22,174 nucleotides of DNA from a virus (Duplodnaviria; Heunggongvirae; Uroviricota; Caudoviricetes), in the IMG/VR virus record IMGVR_UViG_2675903413_000005; one strand, 5' to 3'. The notes beneath the pieces were generated by a model. The model saw only the letters and a list, made by a program, of their open reading frames with translations, did no database searches and was not told the origin of the DNA. Shown piece after piece: positions 7,215-17,016 of this stretch; the first letter of the stretch is position 1, and every line of letters begins with the position of its first letter. The position numbers and the translations under genes were made by a program.

Positions 7215-8528
7215 ATGATCAAAGAGACTGTTACGATGAGTCATAAGGAACTCCACCGACTTCAGATTATTCAGGAACAAGCTGCGGCACGCATTGGCAT
7301 TTCTATTCGGCAGGTTAAACGTCTGGTGCAACGGTATAGAAATGAAGGGCCTTCTGGTCTGGTTTCCCACCGACGTGGAAAGCGTCCTAATAATTCCTTT
7401 TCTACTGAATTCAGAGCAACAGTAATTTCACTCCTCAAAGGCCGTTACGCTGATTTTGGACCTACGTTTGCGTGCGAAAAATTGCGCGAGATACACGGTT
7501 TATCTTTATCCGTTGAAACTCTCAGAAAGTGGATGATAGAAGAGGGGTTATGGCGTGAACGCCGTCGTAAAATTGCCCGTATATATCAACGCCGCATGCG
7601 ACGACCATCTTACGGTGAACTGATCCAGATTGATGGCTCACCTCATGACTGGTTTGAAAATCGAGGCCCCAGATGTACACTGATCGTTTTCATTGATGAT
7701 GCCACCAGTGCGTTGATGGCGTTGCGTTTTGTGCCTGCTGAAACAACCCGGGCTTACATGGAAACCCTCCGGGGTTACCTTAATGATCATGGCGTACCGC
7801 TCGCTCTCTACTCTGATAGACACAGTATATTCAGGGTAAATAACCCAGAGCGGGAAGGTGAGCTGACCCAGTTCACTCGTGCGATAAAGACACTGGGCAT
7901 CGAGCCAATCCATGCCAACAGCCCGCAGGCAAAAGGGCGGGTAGAGCGCGCCAATCAGACACTACAGGACAGGCTGGTCAAAGAAATGCGGCTTCAGAAT
8001 ATCAGTGATATTGAAACAGCAAATGCATGGTTGCCGACCTTTATTGAAGCCTATAACAACCGATTCGCTACGTCGCCTCGTACTACTGATAATGCTCATC
8101 TTGATGTGCACCATTCTGAAGAGGAACTGGGTTATATCTTCAGCCTACAGGCGAAGCGCGTTCTGTCTAAAAATCTCACTTTCCAGTACAAAAGCAGTGC
8201 GTTTCAGGTACGCAGTGAGGGCCGGGGATATCGACTTAGGCATTCGGTTGTTACTGTATGCGAGAACTTTGACGGTGAAATTAACGTTCTGTATGACGGG
8301 AAAGCGCTGGGCTGGGAAAAGTATGTTGATGGCCCGGAGCCTATACCACTGGATGATGAAAAGAGTGTCCATGAACGAGTGGATAATGCCCGTATTGATT
8401 TACGCTCAAAATACTATGTTAAACCTAAAGCTGACCATCCCTGGCTTACGCGCCGAACGCAAAGTCATCAGCAAGTTAAGCCCCCGAAGTTACCTAAAAA
8501 GAAGCCTGATCCCGATAAAAAAGATTGA
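7215..8528 (+). CDS. DDE transposase, rve (integrase-core) superfamily, IS481/ISNCY-like
   Basis: 437-aa ORF; N-terminal HTH-like region; DDE triad in typical context (LIQIDGSPHDW ... LYSDRHSIF ... ANSPQAKGRVERANQTLQDRL); single uninterrupted ORF. Confidence 0.85.
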   Translation: MIKETVTMSHKELHRLQIIQEQAAARIGISIRQVKRLVQRYRNEGPSGLVSHRRGKRPNNSFSTEFRATVISLLKGRYADFGPTFACEKLREIHGLSLSVETLRKWMIEEGLWRERRRKIARIYQRRMRRPSYGELIQIDGSPHDWFENRGPRCTLIVFIDDATSALMALRFVPAETTRAYMETLRGYLNDHGVPLALYSDRHSIFRVNNPEREGELTQFTRAIKTLGIEPIHANSPQAKGRVERANQTLQDRLVKEMRLQNISDIETANAWLPTFIEAYNNRFATSPRTTDNAHLDVHHSEEELGYIFSLQAKRVLSKNLTFQYKSSAFQVRSEGRGYRLRHSVVTVCENFDGEINVLYDGKALGWEKYVDGPEPIPLDDEKSVHERVDNARIDLRSKYYVKPKADHPWLTRRTQSHQQVKPPKLPKKKPDPDKKD

Positions 8529-8924
8529 AACCAAGATCGATTCGGTTGAGTGCATATCCATTCATAGGGTAGATTCTTAAGTCGCGTTTCTGGTGTTCAT
8601 TTTCGGGTGGTTTGTTACTTGTTTTACCGGGGATATGCCAGAAACGCGCTGAGTCAGTCTGGGCGGTGCGCGTAATGAGGCGTTATGGTAAATAGCCTAT
8701 GCTAATGTCCGCTAAGAGCAAGAAGCGGAAGTTGGCAGTTTTGTGGACTGTCCCCACAAAAGTGACTACAGAAATAGTTGCAATTCATAATTGATCATGG
8801 GTTGTCAGTTAAACTCGTGGCGATTTAAATAGACTAATTGGGAGTGCGTCCATTACTTATATCTTGTAATGTTAACTATCAGAAATGATACAAAGATAAT
8901 ATGTCTTTAAAGAAAAGGCTGATG

Positions 8925-8950
8925 GCGAAAAGTGGCCCGATGAGGGCCAC
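8925..8950 (-). terminator. Rho-independent terminator of flxA
   Basis: On the minus strand: stem GTGGCCC / GGGCCAC (8932-8938 / 8944-8950), 5-nt loop, followed by TTTTCGC; about 15 nt downstream of the flxA stop. Confidence 0.6.
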
Positions 8951-8964
8951 AATACGGCTGTCAC

Positions 8965-9297
8965 TTAGACGTAAATATCAATGGTGCCAGCGGTATTTGT
9001 ATCGTCTTTTTTCTCTTCTTTTTTATCAGGCTGAACTGTCGCGTCTTCATTCTTTTTCTCTGCCTGCTGCCTTAACAACTGCTCCAGTTGAGCCCAGAGG
9101 CTTTCAATTTGCTTCTGTACCAATGCAGCCATTTCTTTTTTCTGCTGTGTCGTCATCCCCTCTTCCGATGAGATTTTCCCAAGCTTTTCAGTCAGCACCT
9201 GAATTTGTCTTGTGATTTTGGCTATTTCTGATGTTCCTTCCGGGGCGGAGTTGTTTGAAATAACGGTTGAGGTATTTCCCTGAATTGTGACAGACAT
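8965..9297 (-). CDS. flxA: FlxA (sigma-28 / FliA-regulated protein of Qin-type prophages)
   Basis: 110-aa ORF MSVTIQGNTSTVISNNSAPEGTSEIAKITRQIQVLTEKL...; AAGGAG Shine-Dalgarno; consensus sigma-28 promoter immediately upstream. Confidence 0.8.
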   Translation of the reverse strand: MSVTIQGNTSTVISNNSAPEGTSEIAKITRQIQVLTEKLGKISSEEGMTTQQKKEMAALVQKQIESLWAQLEQLLRQQAEKKNEDATVQPDKKEEKKDDTNTAGTIDIYV

Positions 9298-9320
9298 AGA
9301 TTTCTCCTTTTAAAAAAGCA

Positions 9321-9347
9321 CTATCGGCATGCACAAAAAAATCTTTA
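9321..9347 (-). promoter_or_regulatory. Sigma-28 (FliA) promoter of flxA
   Basis: Minus strand reads TAAAGATT - 11 nt - GCCGATAG, against consensus TAAAGTTT-N11-GCCGATAA; about 25-50 nt upstream of the flxA start. Confidence 0.7.
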
Positions 9348-9499
9348 ATCGTATTTCTTGTGTCATTAATTGTTTGATGTTCAGATTGTTTTCCTCGCGG
9401 GCTGGCGCGCCTCAGAAAGTAAAGCTTGTTGACAGGGGTAAACGTTCGGCAATAATTTTCTGCCGCATGCGGGTGTTGCATAAAACGTGTTACGTTCCT

Positions 9500-9805
9500 T
9501 TATCGACAGGTCAGGTCACCGCTCACCCGCCGACGAGAAAGCAACACTGACATGCTAAAGCAAAAAATAGATGAATAAGTTGAGTTGTGCATATGTAGCC
9601 TGACCGTCACAAAGTATATGGTGTCTGTACCAGTAAGATGATGGCCGGACTCTTTAAAAACGAGCTGACCTGCACAATACAGGATGGACTTAGCAATGGC
9701 TGCTCCTGGCACAAAGCGGACAGTGATCACCGTTCTTACGACTACTTTCTGACTTCCTTCGTGACTTGCCCTAAGCATGTTGTAGTGCGATACTTGTAAT
9801 GACAT
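9500..9805 (-). CDS. Hypothetical 101-aa ORF in the position occupied by ydfV in K-12 Qin
   Basis: ORF-track entry only; composition not strongly protein-like; would be divergent from relB and overlap the relO region. Confidence 0.25.
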   Translation of the reverse strand: MSLQVSHYNMLRASHEGSQKVVVRTVITVRFVPGAAIAKSILYCAGQLVFKESGHHLTGTDTIYFVTVRLHMHNSTYSSIFCFSMSVLLSRRRVSGDLTCR

Positions 9806-9818
9806 TTGTAATTACAAG
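9793..9818 (+). promoter_or_regulatory. relBE operator (relO) repeats overlapping the relB promoter
   Basis: CTTGTAAT gacatttgta ATTACAAG: perfect 8-nt inverted repeat plus a second direct TTGTAAT copy; 12 nt upstream of the relB ATG. Confidence 0.7.
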
Positions 9819-9829
9819 AGGTGTAAGAC

Positions 9830-10069
9830 ATGGGTAGCATTAACCTGCGTATTGACGATGAACTTAAAGCGCGTTCTTACGCCGCGCTTGAAAAAATGGG
9901 TGTAACTCCTTCTGAAGCGCTTCGTCTCATGCTCGAGTATATCGCTGACAATGAACGCTTGCCGTTCAAACAGACACTCCTGAGTGATGAAGATGCTGAA
10001 CTTGTGGAGATAGTGAAAGAACGGCTTCGTAATCCTAAGCCAGTACGTGTGACGCTGGATGAACTCTGA
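9830..10069 (+). CDS. relB: RelB antitoxin
   Basis: 79-aa ORF MGSINLRIDDELKARSYAALEKMGVTPSEALRLMLEYIADNERLPFKQ...; stop overlaps the relE start (TGATG). Confidence 0.9.
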   Translation: MGSINLRIDDELKARSYAALEKMGVTPSEALRLMLEYIADNERLPFKQTLLSDEDAELVEIVKERLRNPKPVRVTLDEL

Positions 10070-10356
10070 TGGCGTATTTTCTGGATTTTGACGAGCGGGC
10101 ACTAAAGGAATGGCGAAAGCTGGGCTCGACGGTACGTGAACAGTTGAAAAAGAAGCTGGTTGAAGTACTTGAGTCACCCCGGATTGAAGCAAACAAGCTC
10201 CGTGGTATGCCTGATTGTTACAAGATTAAGCTCCGGTCTTCAGGCTATCGCCTTGTATACCAGGTTATAGACGAGAAAGTTGTCGTTTTCGTGATTTCTG
10301 TTGGGAAAAGAGAACGCTCGGAAGTATATAGCGAGGCGGTCAAACGCATTCTCTGA
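10069..10356 (+). CDS. relE: RelE mRNA-interferase toxin
   Basis: 95-aa ORF MAYFLDFDERALKEWRKLGSTVREQLKKKLVEVLESPRIEANKLRGMPDCYKIKLRSSGYRLVYQVIDEKVVVFVISVGKRERSEVY... Confidence 0.9.
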   Translation: MAYFLDFDERALKEWRKLGSTVREQLKKKLVEVLESPRIEANKLRGMPDCYKIKLRSSGYRLVYQVIDEKVVVFVISVGKRERSEVYSEAVKRIL

Positions 10357-10427
10357 ACCAAAGCATGACATCTCTGTTTCGCACCGAAGGTGACACTTCT
10401 GCTTTGCGTTGACAGGAGAAGCAGGCT

Positions 10428-10583
10428 ATGAAGCAGCAAAAGGCGATGTTAATCGCCCTGATCGTCATCTGTTTAACCGTCATAGTGACGGCACTGGTAA
10501 CGAGGAAAGACCTCTGCGAGGTACGAATCCGAACCGGCCAGACGGAGGTCGCTGTCTTCACAGCTTACGAACCTGAGGAGTAA
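10428..10583 (+). CDS. hokD: Hok-family membrane toxin HokD (RelF), third gene of the relBE operon
   Basis: 51-aa ORF not in the ORF track: MKQQKAMLIALIVICLTVIVTALVTRKDLCEVRIRTGQTEVAVFTAYEPEE; single transmembrane helix plus conserved Hok C-terminus. Confidence 0.85.
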   Translation: MKQQKAMLIALIVICLTVIVTALVTRKDLCEVRIRTGQTEVAVFTAYEPEE

Positions 10584-10651
10584 GAGACCCGGCGGGGGAG
10601 AAATCCCTCGCCACCTCTGATGTGGCAGGCATCCTCAACGCACCCGCACTT

Positions 10652-10684
10652 AACCCGCTTCGGCGGGTTTTTGTTTTTATTTTC
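10652..10684 (+). terminator. Rho-independent terminator after relB-relE-hokD
   Basis: AACCCGC ttcg GCGGGTT followed by TTTTGTTTTTATTTT. Confidence 0.8.
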
Positions 10685-10799
10685 AACGCGTTTGAAGTTC
10701 TGGACGGTGCCGGAATAGAATCAAAAATACTTAAGTAGCGCGCAGGGATAAGAGGGATGGTCCCTTAAAGGGGAGAGCTAATTATCCGGAAGGATTCTG

Positions 10800-11516
10800 A
10801 TGATGAACATCGAAGAACTGCGTAAAATTTTTTGTGAAGATGGCCTCTATGCTGTGTGCGTTGAAATGGCAGCGCAGGGGATGGTGAAGTCGAAAGCACC
10901 ACTTGGGTTGGCCTTATTTCTGGCAAAAGTTGGTGTTCAGGACCCTCAGTTTGCGATTGAAGGCCTGCTAAATTACGCGATGGCACTGGATAACCCGACA
11001 TTGAACAAATTGAGTGAAGAAATCCGGTTACAGATTATTCCTTACCTCGTGAGTTTTGCCTTTGCTGATTACTCCAGGTCTGCGGCAAGTAAGGCTCGCT
11101 GTGAGCATTGTTCAGGTACGGGATTTTATAATGTATTGCGCGAAGTGGTGAAACACTACAGACGCGGGGAATCTGTAATCAAGGAAGAATGGGTGAAGGA
11201 ACTATGTCAGCATTGCCATGGTAAGGGCGAAGCCAGCACAGCGTGCAGAGGGTGTAAGGGTAAAGGGATTGTTCTGGATGAAAAAAGAACCCGGTTTCAT
11301 GGCGTACCGGTATATAAGATTTGTGGGCGTTGTAATGGAAACCGGTTTAGTCGTTTACCGACCACGCTGGCACGACGTCATGTCCAGAAGCTGGTACCAG
11401 ACCTGACCGATTATCAGTGGTATAAGGGGTATGCGGACGTCATTGGTAAACTGGTAACAAAGTGCTGGCAGGAAGAAGCATACGCGGAAGCGCAATTGAG
11501 GAAGGTGACGAGATAA
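10800..11516 (+). CDS. Zinc-finger protein in the late-antiterminator (Q) position; four DnaJ-type CxxCxGxG motifs
   Basis: 238-aa ORF with GGAAGGA Shine-Dalgarno; motifs CEHCSGTG, CQHCHGKG, CRGCKGKG, CGRCNGN; lies where quuQ sits in K-12 Qin; followed by a promoter-like element and terminator. Confidence 0.5.
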   Translation: MMNIEELRKIFCEDGLYAVCVEMAAQGMVKSKAPLGLALFLAKVGVQDPQFAIEGLLNYAMALDNPTLNKLSEEIRLQIIPYLVSFAFADYSRSAASKARCEHCSGTGFYNVLREVVKHYRRGESVIKEEWVKELCQHCHGKGEASTACRGCKGKGIVLDEKRTRFHGVPVYKICGRCNGNRFSRLPTTLARRHVQKLVPDLTDYQWYKGYADVIGKLVTKCWQEEAYAEAQLRKVTR

Positions 11517-11546
11517 ATGATTTTTGCTGAAGATGGCGACATGATG

Positions 11547-11576
11547 TTTGCATTTTTCAAAAAATATGGATAAAAT
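11547..11576 (+). promoter_or_regulatory. Candidate late promoter (pR'-like) downstream of the Q-like gene
   Basis: TTTGCA (11547-11552), 18-nt spacer, TAAAAT (11571-11576); about 45 nt upstream of a strong terminator, by analogy with lambda pR'/tR'. Confidence 0.3.
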
Positions 11577-11621
11577 TTTTTCAACGATGGGCTTTGTATA
11601 CCCGACGTTAAGAAAAAGTAG

Positions 11622-11651
11622 AAAACCCGCTGATGAGCGGGTTTTGTGCTT
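11622..11651 (+). terminator. Rho-independent terminator (tR'-like)
   Basis: AAAACCCGCT gatg AGCGGGTTTT followed by GTGCTTT. Confidence 0.75.
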
Positions 11652-11937
11652 TAAATGGGGCAATGGTAATGTTGAATCTCATCCCGGGACTCATGTCTGT
11701 TAACTTATTATTTAGCTGGTGACTTGGTTATTTGCCTGATGTTTAAAATGTTTTCTTCCAGTACAATGTCCCTAAACACAATGAGTCTGCTTATTATATT
11801 ATTAGCAGAGCTATTACGGCCAAAGTACAGCATAAGCTTTTAAAGCCAATCAACCAGTCATCAAGACAGACGGGGTTATTCATAAAAACTCTCCATGTGT
11901 GATCCGATGGGGCCTGAAATTAAAGCTTTAATATAGC

Positions 11938-12150
11938 TCATGAAAGGTAAACATTGGCAGCTGAAGGGCCACGCAGACCATTTATCCGGCAAAATTCCAC
12001 GCGTAATCCGGTGGTAATTTCTTCTGCATCGCGGAGATTGAGCGCTGAAACATGAAGCTGGACATCGATACGACCATCGGATGGGGTGATAAGACCCTTG
12101 CCGCTTTTGCCGTCAAAGGTTTTGACAATTCCTGTCATTTTACGGGACAA
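11938..12150 (-). CDS. cspF: Cold-shock-domain protein, CspF/CspH type
   Basis: 70-aa [73 protein letters not shown]. Confidence 0.85.
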
Positions 12151-12450
12151 AAAAATTCCTTAATACTGATAACTTGGCGCACTATACACACGTTCCTGAA
12201 GAAAGCTATAGTTTTTTGATGGGGTTGAAGATGGCTGGATGTCTAAAATAAACATTGCTTCATATGTTCAACTATGCGTTAATGATTGCGTCGGTTTGAA
12301 GAACAGACGATATACGAAGTAGTTTACTAAAGCAGTTCTCATTTCAGGTGTTATTCACTTATTCCTTCTTTGAGTCTCTCCAATTAAGTACGAAGTCGTT
12401 TCTGTTATGCAAACCATTTATGCCGAAAGGCTCAAGTTAAGGAATGTAGA

Positions 12451-12666
12451 ATGTCAAATAAAATGACTGGTTTAGTAAAATGGTTTAACGCTGATAAAGG
12501 TTTCGGCTTTATTTCTCCTGTTGATGGTAGTAAAGATGTGTTTGTGCATTTTTCTGCGATTCAGAATGATAATTATCGAACCTTATTTGAAGGTCAAAAG
12601 GTTACCTTCTCTATAGAGAGTGGTGCTAAAGGTCCTGCAGCAGCAAATGTCATCATTACTGATTAA
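12451..12666 (+). CDS. cspB: Cold-shock protein CspB-like
   Basis: 71-aa [74 protein letters not shown] with RNP motifs; long AT-rich 5' leader (12151-12450). Confidence 0.9.
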   Translation: MSNKMTGLVKWFNADKGFGFISPVDGSKDVFVHFSAIQNDNYRTLFEGQKVTFSIESGAKGPAAANVIITD

Positions 12667-12947
12667 AATTCATCGCTCGTCTGTATACGATAACGAAGAA
12701 GGCTGATGCCTGAGTAGAGATACGGACAGAGTAGTGAATATTGGATCTCTTTAATAAAAAGTAAGGAGGTCCAATACATGAAACAATGGCTAGCATATTT
12801 GGCAAAATCTTAATCAGGAAAAGTATGCTAACCATTGTGGTGAAGTGCAGGTTTGCTGCATGAATAGTTTTACAGCAGAAGCTAACTGCTGGCATGGCAA
12901 AACAAAGTGCGTAAGTGGATGACTCCCACAAAAAGCACCACAATCTC

Positions 12948-12972
12948 AAACCCGCTCAGGCGGGTTTTTTAT
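12948..12972 (+). terminator. Rho-independent terminator about 280 nt downstream of cspB
   Basis: AAACCCGC tcag GCGGGTTT followed by TTTTATT. Confidence 0.75.
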
Positions 12973-13029
12973 TATCTGCTTTAAATATATTATTAAAATA
13001 TAAAAAATACTTGTTACTAATAAAATCAA

Positions 13030-13200
13030 TCAGGCTACAGCTTTAAGATTTGTCTGGAATACTTTGTTGCAATGAGGGCAGATCAAAAGGGCACCTTTTT
13101 GTACTCTTGAAAAACTGTGTTCTGACTCTTGGGTGCAGTTTGGGCAGGAACATTTAACGAGATAATTACGGCGTGATTTTGAGTTTTTACGTTCTGACAT
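13030..13200 (-). CDS. Small zinc-ribbon protein (56 aa, CxCxxC ... CxxC)
   Basis: MSERKNSKSRRNYLVKCSCPNCTQESEHSFSRVQKGALLICPHCNKVFQTNLKAVA; start chosen at the Met with an upstream AGGA; the ORF-track version extends 17 codons further. Confidence 0.45.
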   Translation of the reverse strand: MSERKNSKSRRNYLVKCSCPNCTQESEHSFSRVQKGALLICPHCNKVFQTNLKAVA

Positions 13201-13419
13201 AGGCTTTTCCTGTATAAATGGCCGTATACAGTACACTAAATATGAAAACATTTCTCGTATTATTATTTTATATATGACTTTCTTTCAAAATAATTACCCA
13301 CATTTTTAATGTGTATGTTTTTTTAGCGCCGTTGAGAACAACGTGTGCTGTCAAAACTACCCCGTAGACTCCGATCTTTTCAAACATATTGCACCATCCG
13401 TGTACATCGGGGTGAGGAT

Positions 13420-13635
13420 ATGAAATCAATGGATAAGTTAACAACAGGTGTTGCCTATGGCACATCGGCGGGTAATGCTGGTTTCTGGGCATTGCAGTTA
13501 CTCGATAAAGTAACTCCGTCACAGTGGGCTGCAATCGGTGTGCTGGGTAGCCTGGTTTTTGGCCTGCTGACGTATCTGACAAATCTTTATTTCAAGATTA
13601 AAGAAGACAGGCGTAAGGCTGCGAGAGGAGAGTAA
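13420..13635 (+). CDS. essQ: Phage-21-type class II holin (pinholin) with dual translational start
   Basis: 71-aa product [71 protein letters not shown]; Met1-Lys-Ser-Met4 dual start; two transmembrane helices; GGGGTGAGG Shine-Dalgarno. Confidence 0.85.
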   Translation: MKSMDKLTTGVAYGTSAGNAGFWALQLLDKVTPSQWAAIGVLGSLVFGLLTYLTNLYFKIKEDRRKAARGE

Positions 13636-13639
13636 TCCA

Positions 13640-13947
13640 ATGACTCAAGACTATGAACTGGTTGTGAAAGGAGTCCGTAATTTTGAGAATAAAGTTACGG
13701 TAACTGTAGCCTTACAGGACAAAGAACGCTTTGACGGTGAAATTTTTGACCTGGATGTCGCCATGGACCGTGTTGAAGGAGCTGCGCTGGAGTTTTATGA
13801 GGCAGCAGCCAGAAGGAGCGTCCGGCAAGTCTTCCTGGAAGTAGCAGAAAAATTGTCAGAAAAAGTTGAGTCTTATCTGCAGCATCAGTACTCCTTTAAG
13901 ATTGAAAATCCTGCCAATAAGCACGAGCGTCCTCATCATAAATATCT

Positions 13948-13951
<4 letters not shown>
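13640..13951 (+). CDS. ydfR: YdfR-like protein (unknown function) between holin and endolysin
   Basis: 103-aa ORF in the position occupied by ydfR in K-12 Qin; stop overlaps the endolysin start. Confidence 0.7.
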
Positions 13952-14975
<1,024 letters not shown>

Positions 14976-15337
14976 GGTAATATTAAATCGGAACATTTAC
15001 ATCGCGGAATGTAAAATTTAAATAAAAAGGACTCTTCCATGAGCCAAAATTCCTGAAATCTTAAGGGTAAGATAAAAGGTCTTAATCAGAATGACACGTT
15101 TTATTAATAAATAAAGCTATTCTTTCATTGCTGTGTTTTTCTTTACAAAAGTAATCCTTGCTATGGGTGGTTAATCATGCGTTAATGGTGTTCTGGTTTG
15201 TTACAAATTTATCTGAAGCAGTCATTGTTATAATTTTATTATTTGTACCTCTTGAGATTTCCTTGTTGGTTTTTCTCTCTGATATTTTTTTTCGGACCAT
15301 TCTGCCCAAGGGCTAATTTCTTCAAAAGGTAATAATT

Positions 15338-15550
15338 ATGTCTAACAAAATGACTGGTTTAGTGAAATGGTTTAACCCTGAAAAAGGTTTTGGTTTCATC
15401 ACGCCGAAAGATGGCAGCAAAGATGTGTTTGTCCATTTCTCAGCAATTCAGAGCAACGATTTCAAAACATTAACTGAGAATCAGGAAGTTGAATTTGGTA
15501 TTGAGAACGGACCTAAAGGTCCTGCCGCTGTTCATGTAGTGGCGCTTTGA
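15338..15550 (+). CDS. cspI: Cold-shock protein CspI-like
   Basis: 70-aa [73 protein letters not shown]; long AT-rich leader (14976-15337). Confidence 0.9.
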   Translation: MSNKMTGLVKWFNPEKGFGFITPKDGSKDVFVHFSAIQSNDFKTLTENQEVEFGIENGPKGPAAVHVVAL

Positions 15551-15754
15551 GGTAGACAATATTACAAACCATATTCACTTTAGATGCCCGTGTTGTCATG
15601 GTTCCCAGTATAGAACATCATCTTTTGATGTTTCTGACATGAATCCTTTCGGGGCAAAATGTATCTTTTGTAAATCAATGATGATTACATTTGATAATAT
15701 TTCACAATACTTAAATGCCAGCCGTCTGTCGTTGGATTTAAAAAAGTGAAAATG

Positions 15755-15778
15755 AAGGCTCCTTCGGGAGCTTTTTTG
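15755..15778 (+). terminator. Rho-independent terminator downstream of cspI
   Basis: AAGGCTCC ttcg GGAGCTT followed by TTTTTGCT. Confidence 0.75.
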
Positions 15779-15821
15779 CTTGGTGTCTATTCGATGGATA
15801 CTCACATACTACGGTAACATC

Positions 15822-16052
15822 ATGAAAAAAATCATAGTTTTTTTTAACTCTGAACCAGCAGTGGTAGTGCCAGCGATGACTGGAGTTAACACCATCATGC
15901 GTGAATATCCAAATGGCGAAAAAACACACCTTACTGTAATGGCCGCAGGGTTTCCATCTCTGACCGGAGATCATAAAGTCATTTATGTAGCCGCGGATCG
16001 ACATGTTACTTCAGAAGAAATTCTGGAAGCAGCAATAAGGCTCTTGAGTTGA
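15822..16052 (+). CDS. Hypothetical 76-aa protein
   Basis: ATG 15822 (MKKIIVFFNSEPAVVVPAMTGVNTIMREYPNGEKTHLTVMAAGFPSLTGDHKVIYVAADRHVTSEEILEAAIRLLS); no clear RBS; the ORF-track version uses an upstream TTG inside the terminator. Confidence 0.4.
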   Translation: MKKIIVFFNSEPAVVVPAMTGVNTIMREYPNGEKTHLTVMAAGFPSLTGDHKVIYVAADRHVTSEEILEAAIRLLS

Positions 16053-16220
16053 TTTGATGCTATTGCATTGATAATTCAGGAAAATTCTCTTTGTCTGTTT
16101 GTGTAAAATTTAGACTATCGTATGTTGATTATTGCGATGTTTCATCTTATCTTTTACACGTTTGCACCATATAATCGACTTACTGTGTAACTGGAAAGTC
16201 ATAACAGACTAAAAGAGGAA

Positions 16221-16397
16221 ATGATGAATATTGAAAACTTAAAAACAAAAGCAGAAGCAGATATTTCTGAATATATAACAAAAAAAATTATTGAACTTAA
16301 GAAAAAGACCGGGAAAGAAGTTACCAGTATTCAGTTTACCGCACGGGAAAAAATGACGGGTCTTGAAAGCTATGATGTCAAGATTAATTTAATCTGA
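16221..16397 (+). CDS. gnsB: GnsB-like protein (Gns family)
   Basis: 58-aa ORF not in the ORF track: MMNIENLKTKAEADISEYITKKIIELKKKTGKEVTSIQFTAREKMTGLESYDVKINLI; AAGAGGAA Shine-Dalgarno; weak terminator-like hairpin at 16427-16449. Confidence 0.75.
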   Translation: MMNIENLKTKAEADISEYITKKIIELKKKTGKEVTSIQFTAREKMTGLESYDVKINLI

Positions 16398-16548
16398 TGT
16401 ATTCAATAATAAAATTTATCCATAAACCTCGTTTTTACGGGGTTTTGTTATATTTGAATGGTTCCGAATATCTAAATCACAATTGTTGATGGTTTTTATT
16501 AAACCAATGCAGTCCGGCTCAGGAGTGAGAGAAGCCGGACGTTATGGT

Positions 16549-16974
16549 TTAGCGTGGTAAGATCTGTGTAGTTTTCTGGATGCTTTCAGTAAATAGTAAT
16601 GAATTATCAAAGGTATAGTAATATCTTTTTTGTTCGTGGATATTTGTAACCCACCGAAAAACTCCTGCTTTAGCAAGGTTTCTTCTGTATTCCTGAAATG
16701 TGATCTCTCTGGATTTCAGCTTATTAGAGGTCGTTTCTATAAGATGCCTATCCTTTGAAAATTTGACAGACACAATGTTTTTTAGGCCCTTTAATAACAC
16801 TGTATTATCATTTTTTAATACAATATGAACATTCTCTGTGGCTAAATAGTAAATGTAATGTGAGACATTGTGACGTTTTAGCTCAGAATAAAACCATTGA
16901 TAGTTTAAATCGTTTCGAACTTTATCAAATATTTGTTTAAAAATGACTACCTGATCCATAGATAAACCTTCCAT
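16549..16974 (-). CDS. ydfO: YdfO-like protein (DUF1398-type prophage protein)
   Basis: 141-aa ORF in the position of ydfO in K-12 Qin between gnsB and ynfO; AT-rich. Confidence 0.7.
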
Positions 16975-17016
16975 GTGATATGAGGGGGCGTAGTCTGCAC
17001 GATTATCTAAATTGCT

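Larger units (their letters stand above)
7029..8877 (+). mobile_element. Insertion sequence of IS481/ISNCY type (boundaries tentative)
   Basis: Single long rve-type transposase ORF; tentative ends set by a perfect 12-nt inverted pair AGTTAACATTAC (7029-7040) / GTAATGTTAACT (8866-8877); no target-site duplication could be confirmed. Confidence 0.3.

Noticed and set aside
6900-7215. Retron msr/msd or IS110-type bridge RNA upstream of the transposase
   Set aside because: No reverse transcriptase follows, and the transposase is rve-type DDE rather than an IS110-type DEDD recombinase.
7638-8580. ORFs overlapping the transposase (7638..7913 minus, 8005..8580 plus, 8145..8372 minus)
   Set aside because: Alternative-frame or antisense reads of the transposase gene.
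8901-9481. ORFs 8901..9215 (plus) and 9188..9481 (minus)
   Set aside because: They overlap flxA or its promoter in the wrong frame or strand; flxA has the promoter, RBS and terminator.
12656-12949. Minus-strand 97-aa ORF between cspB and its terminator
   Set aside because: Cys/Phe-rich low-complexity translation without RBS; the region is more likely 3' UTR plus the mini-ORF.
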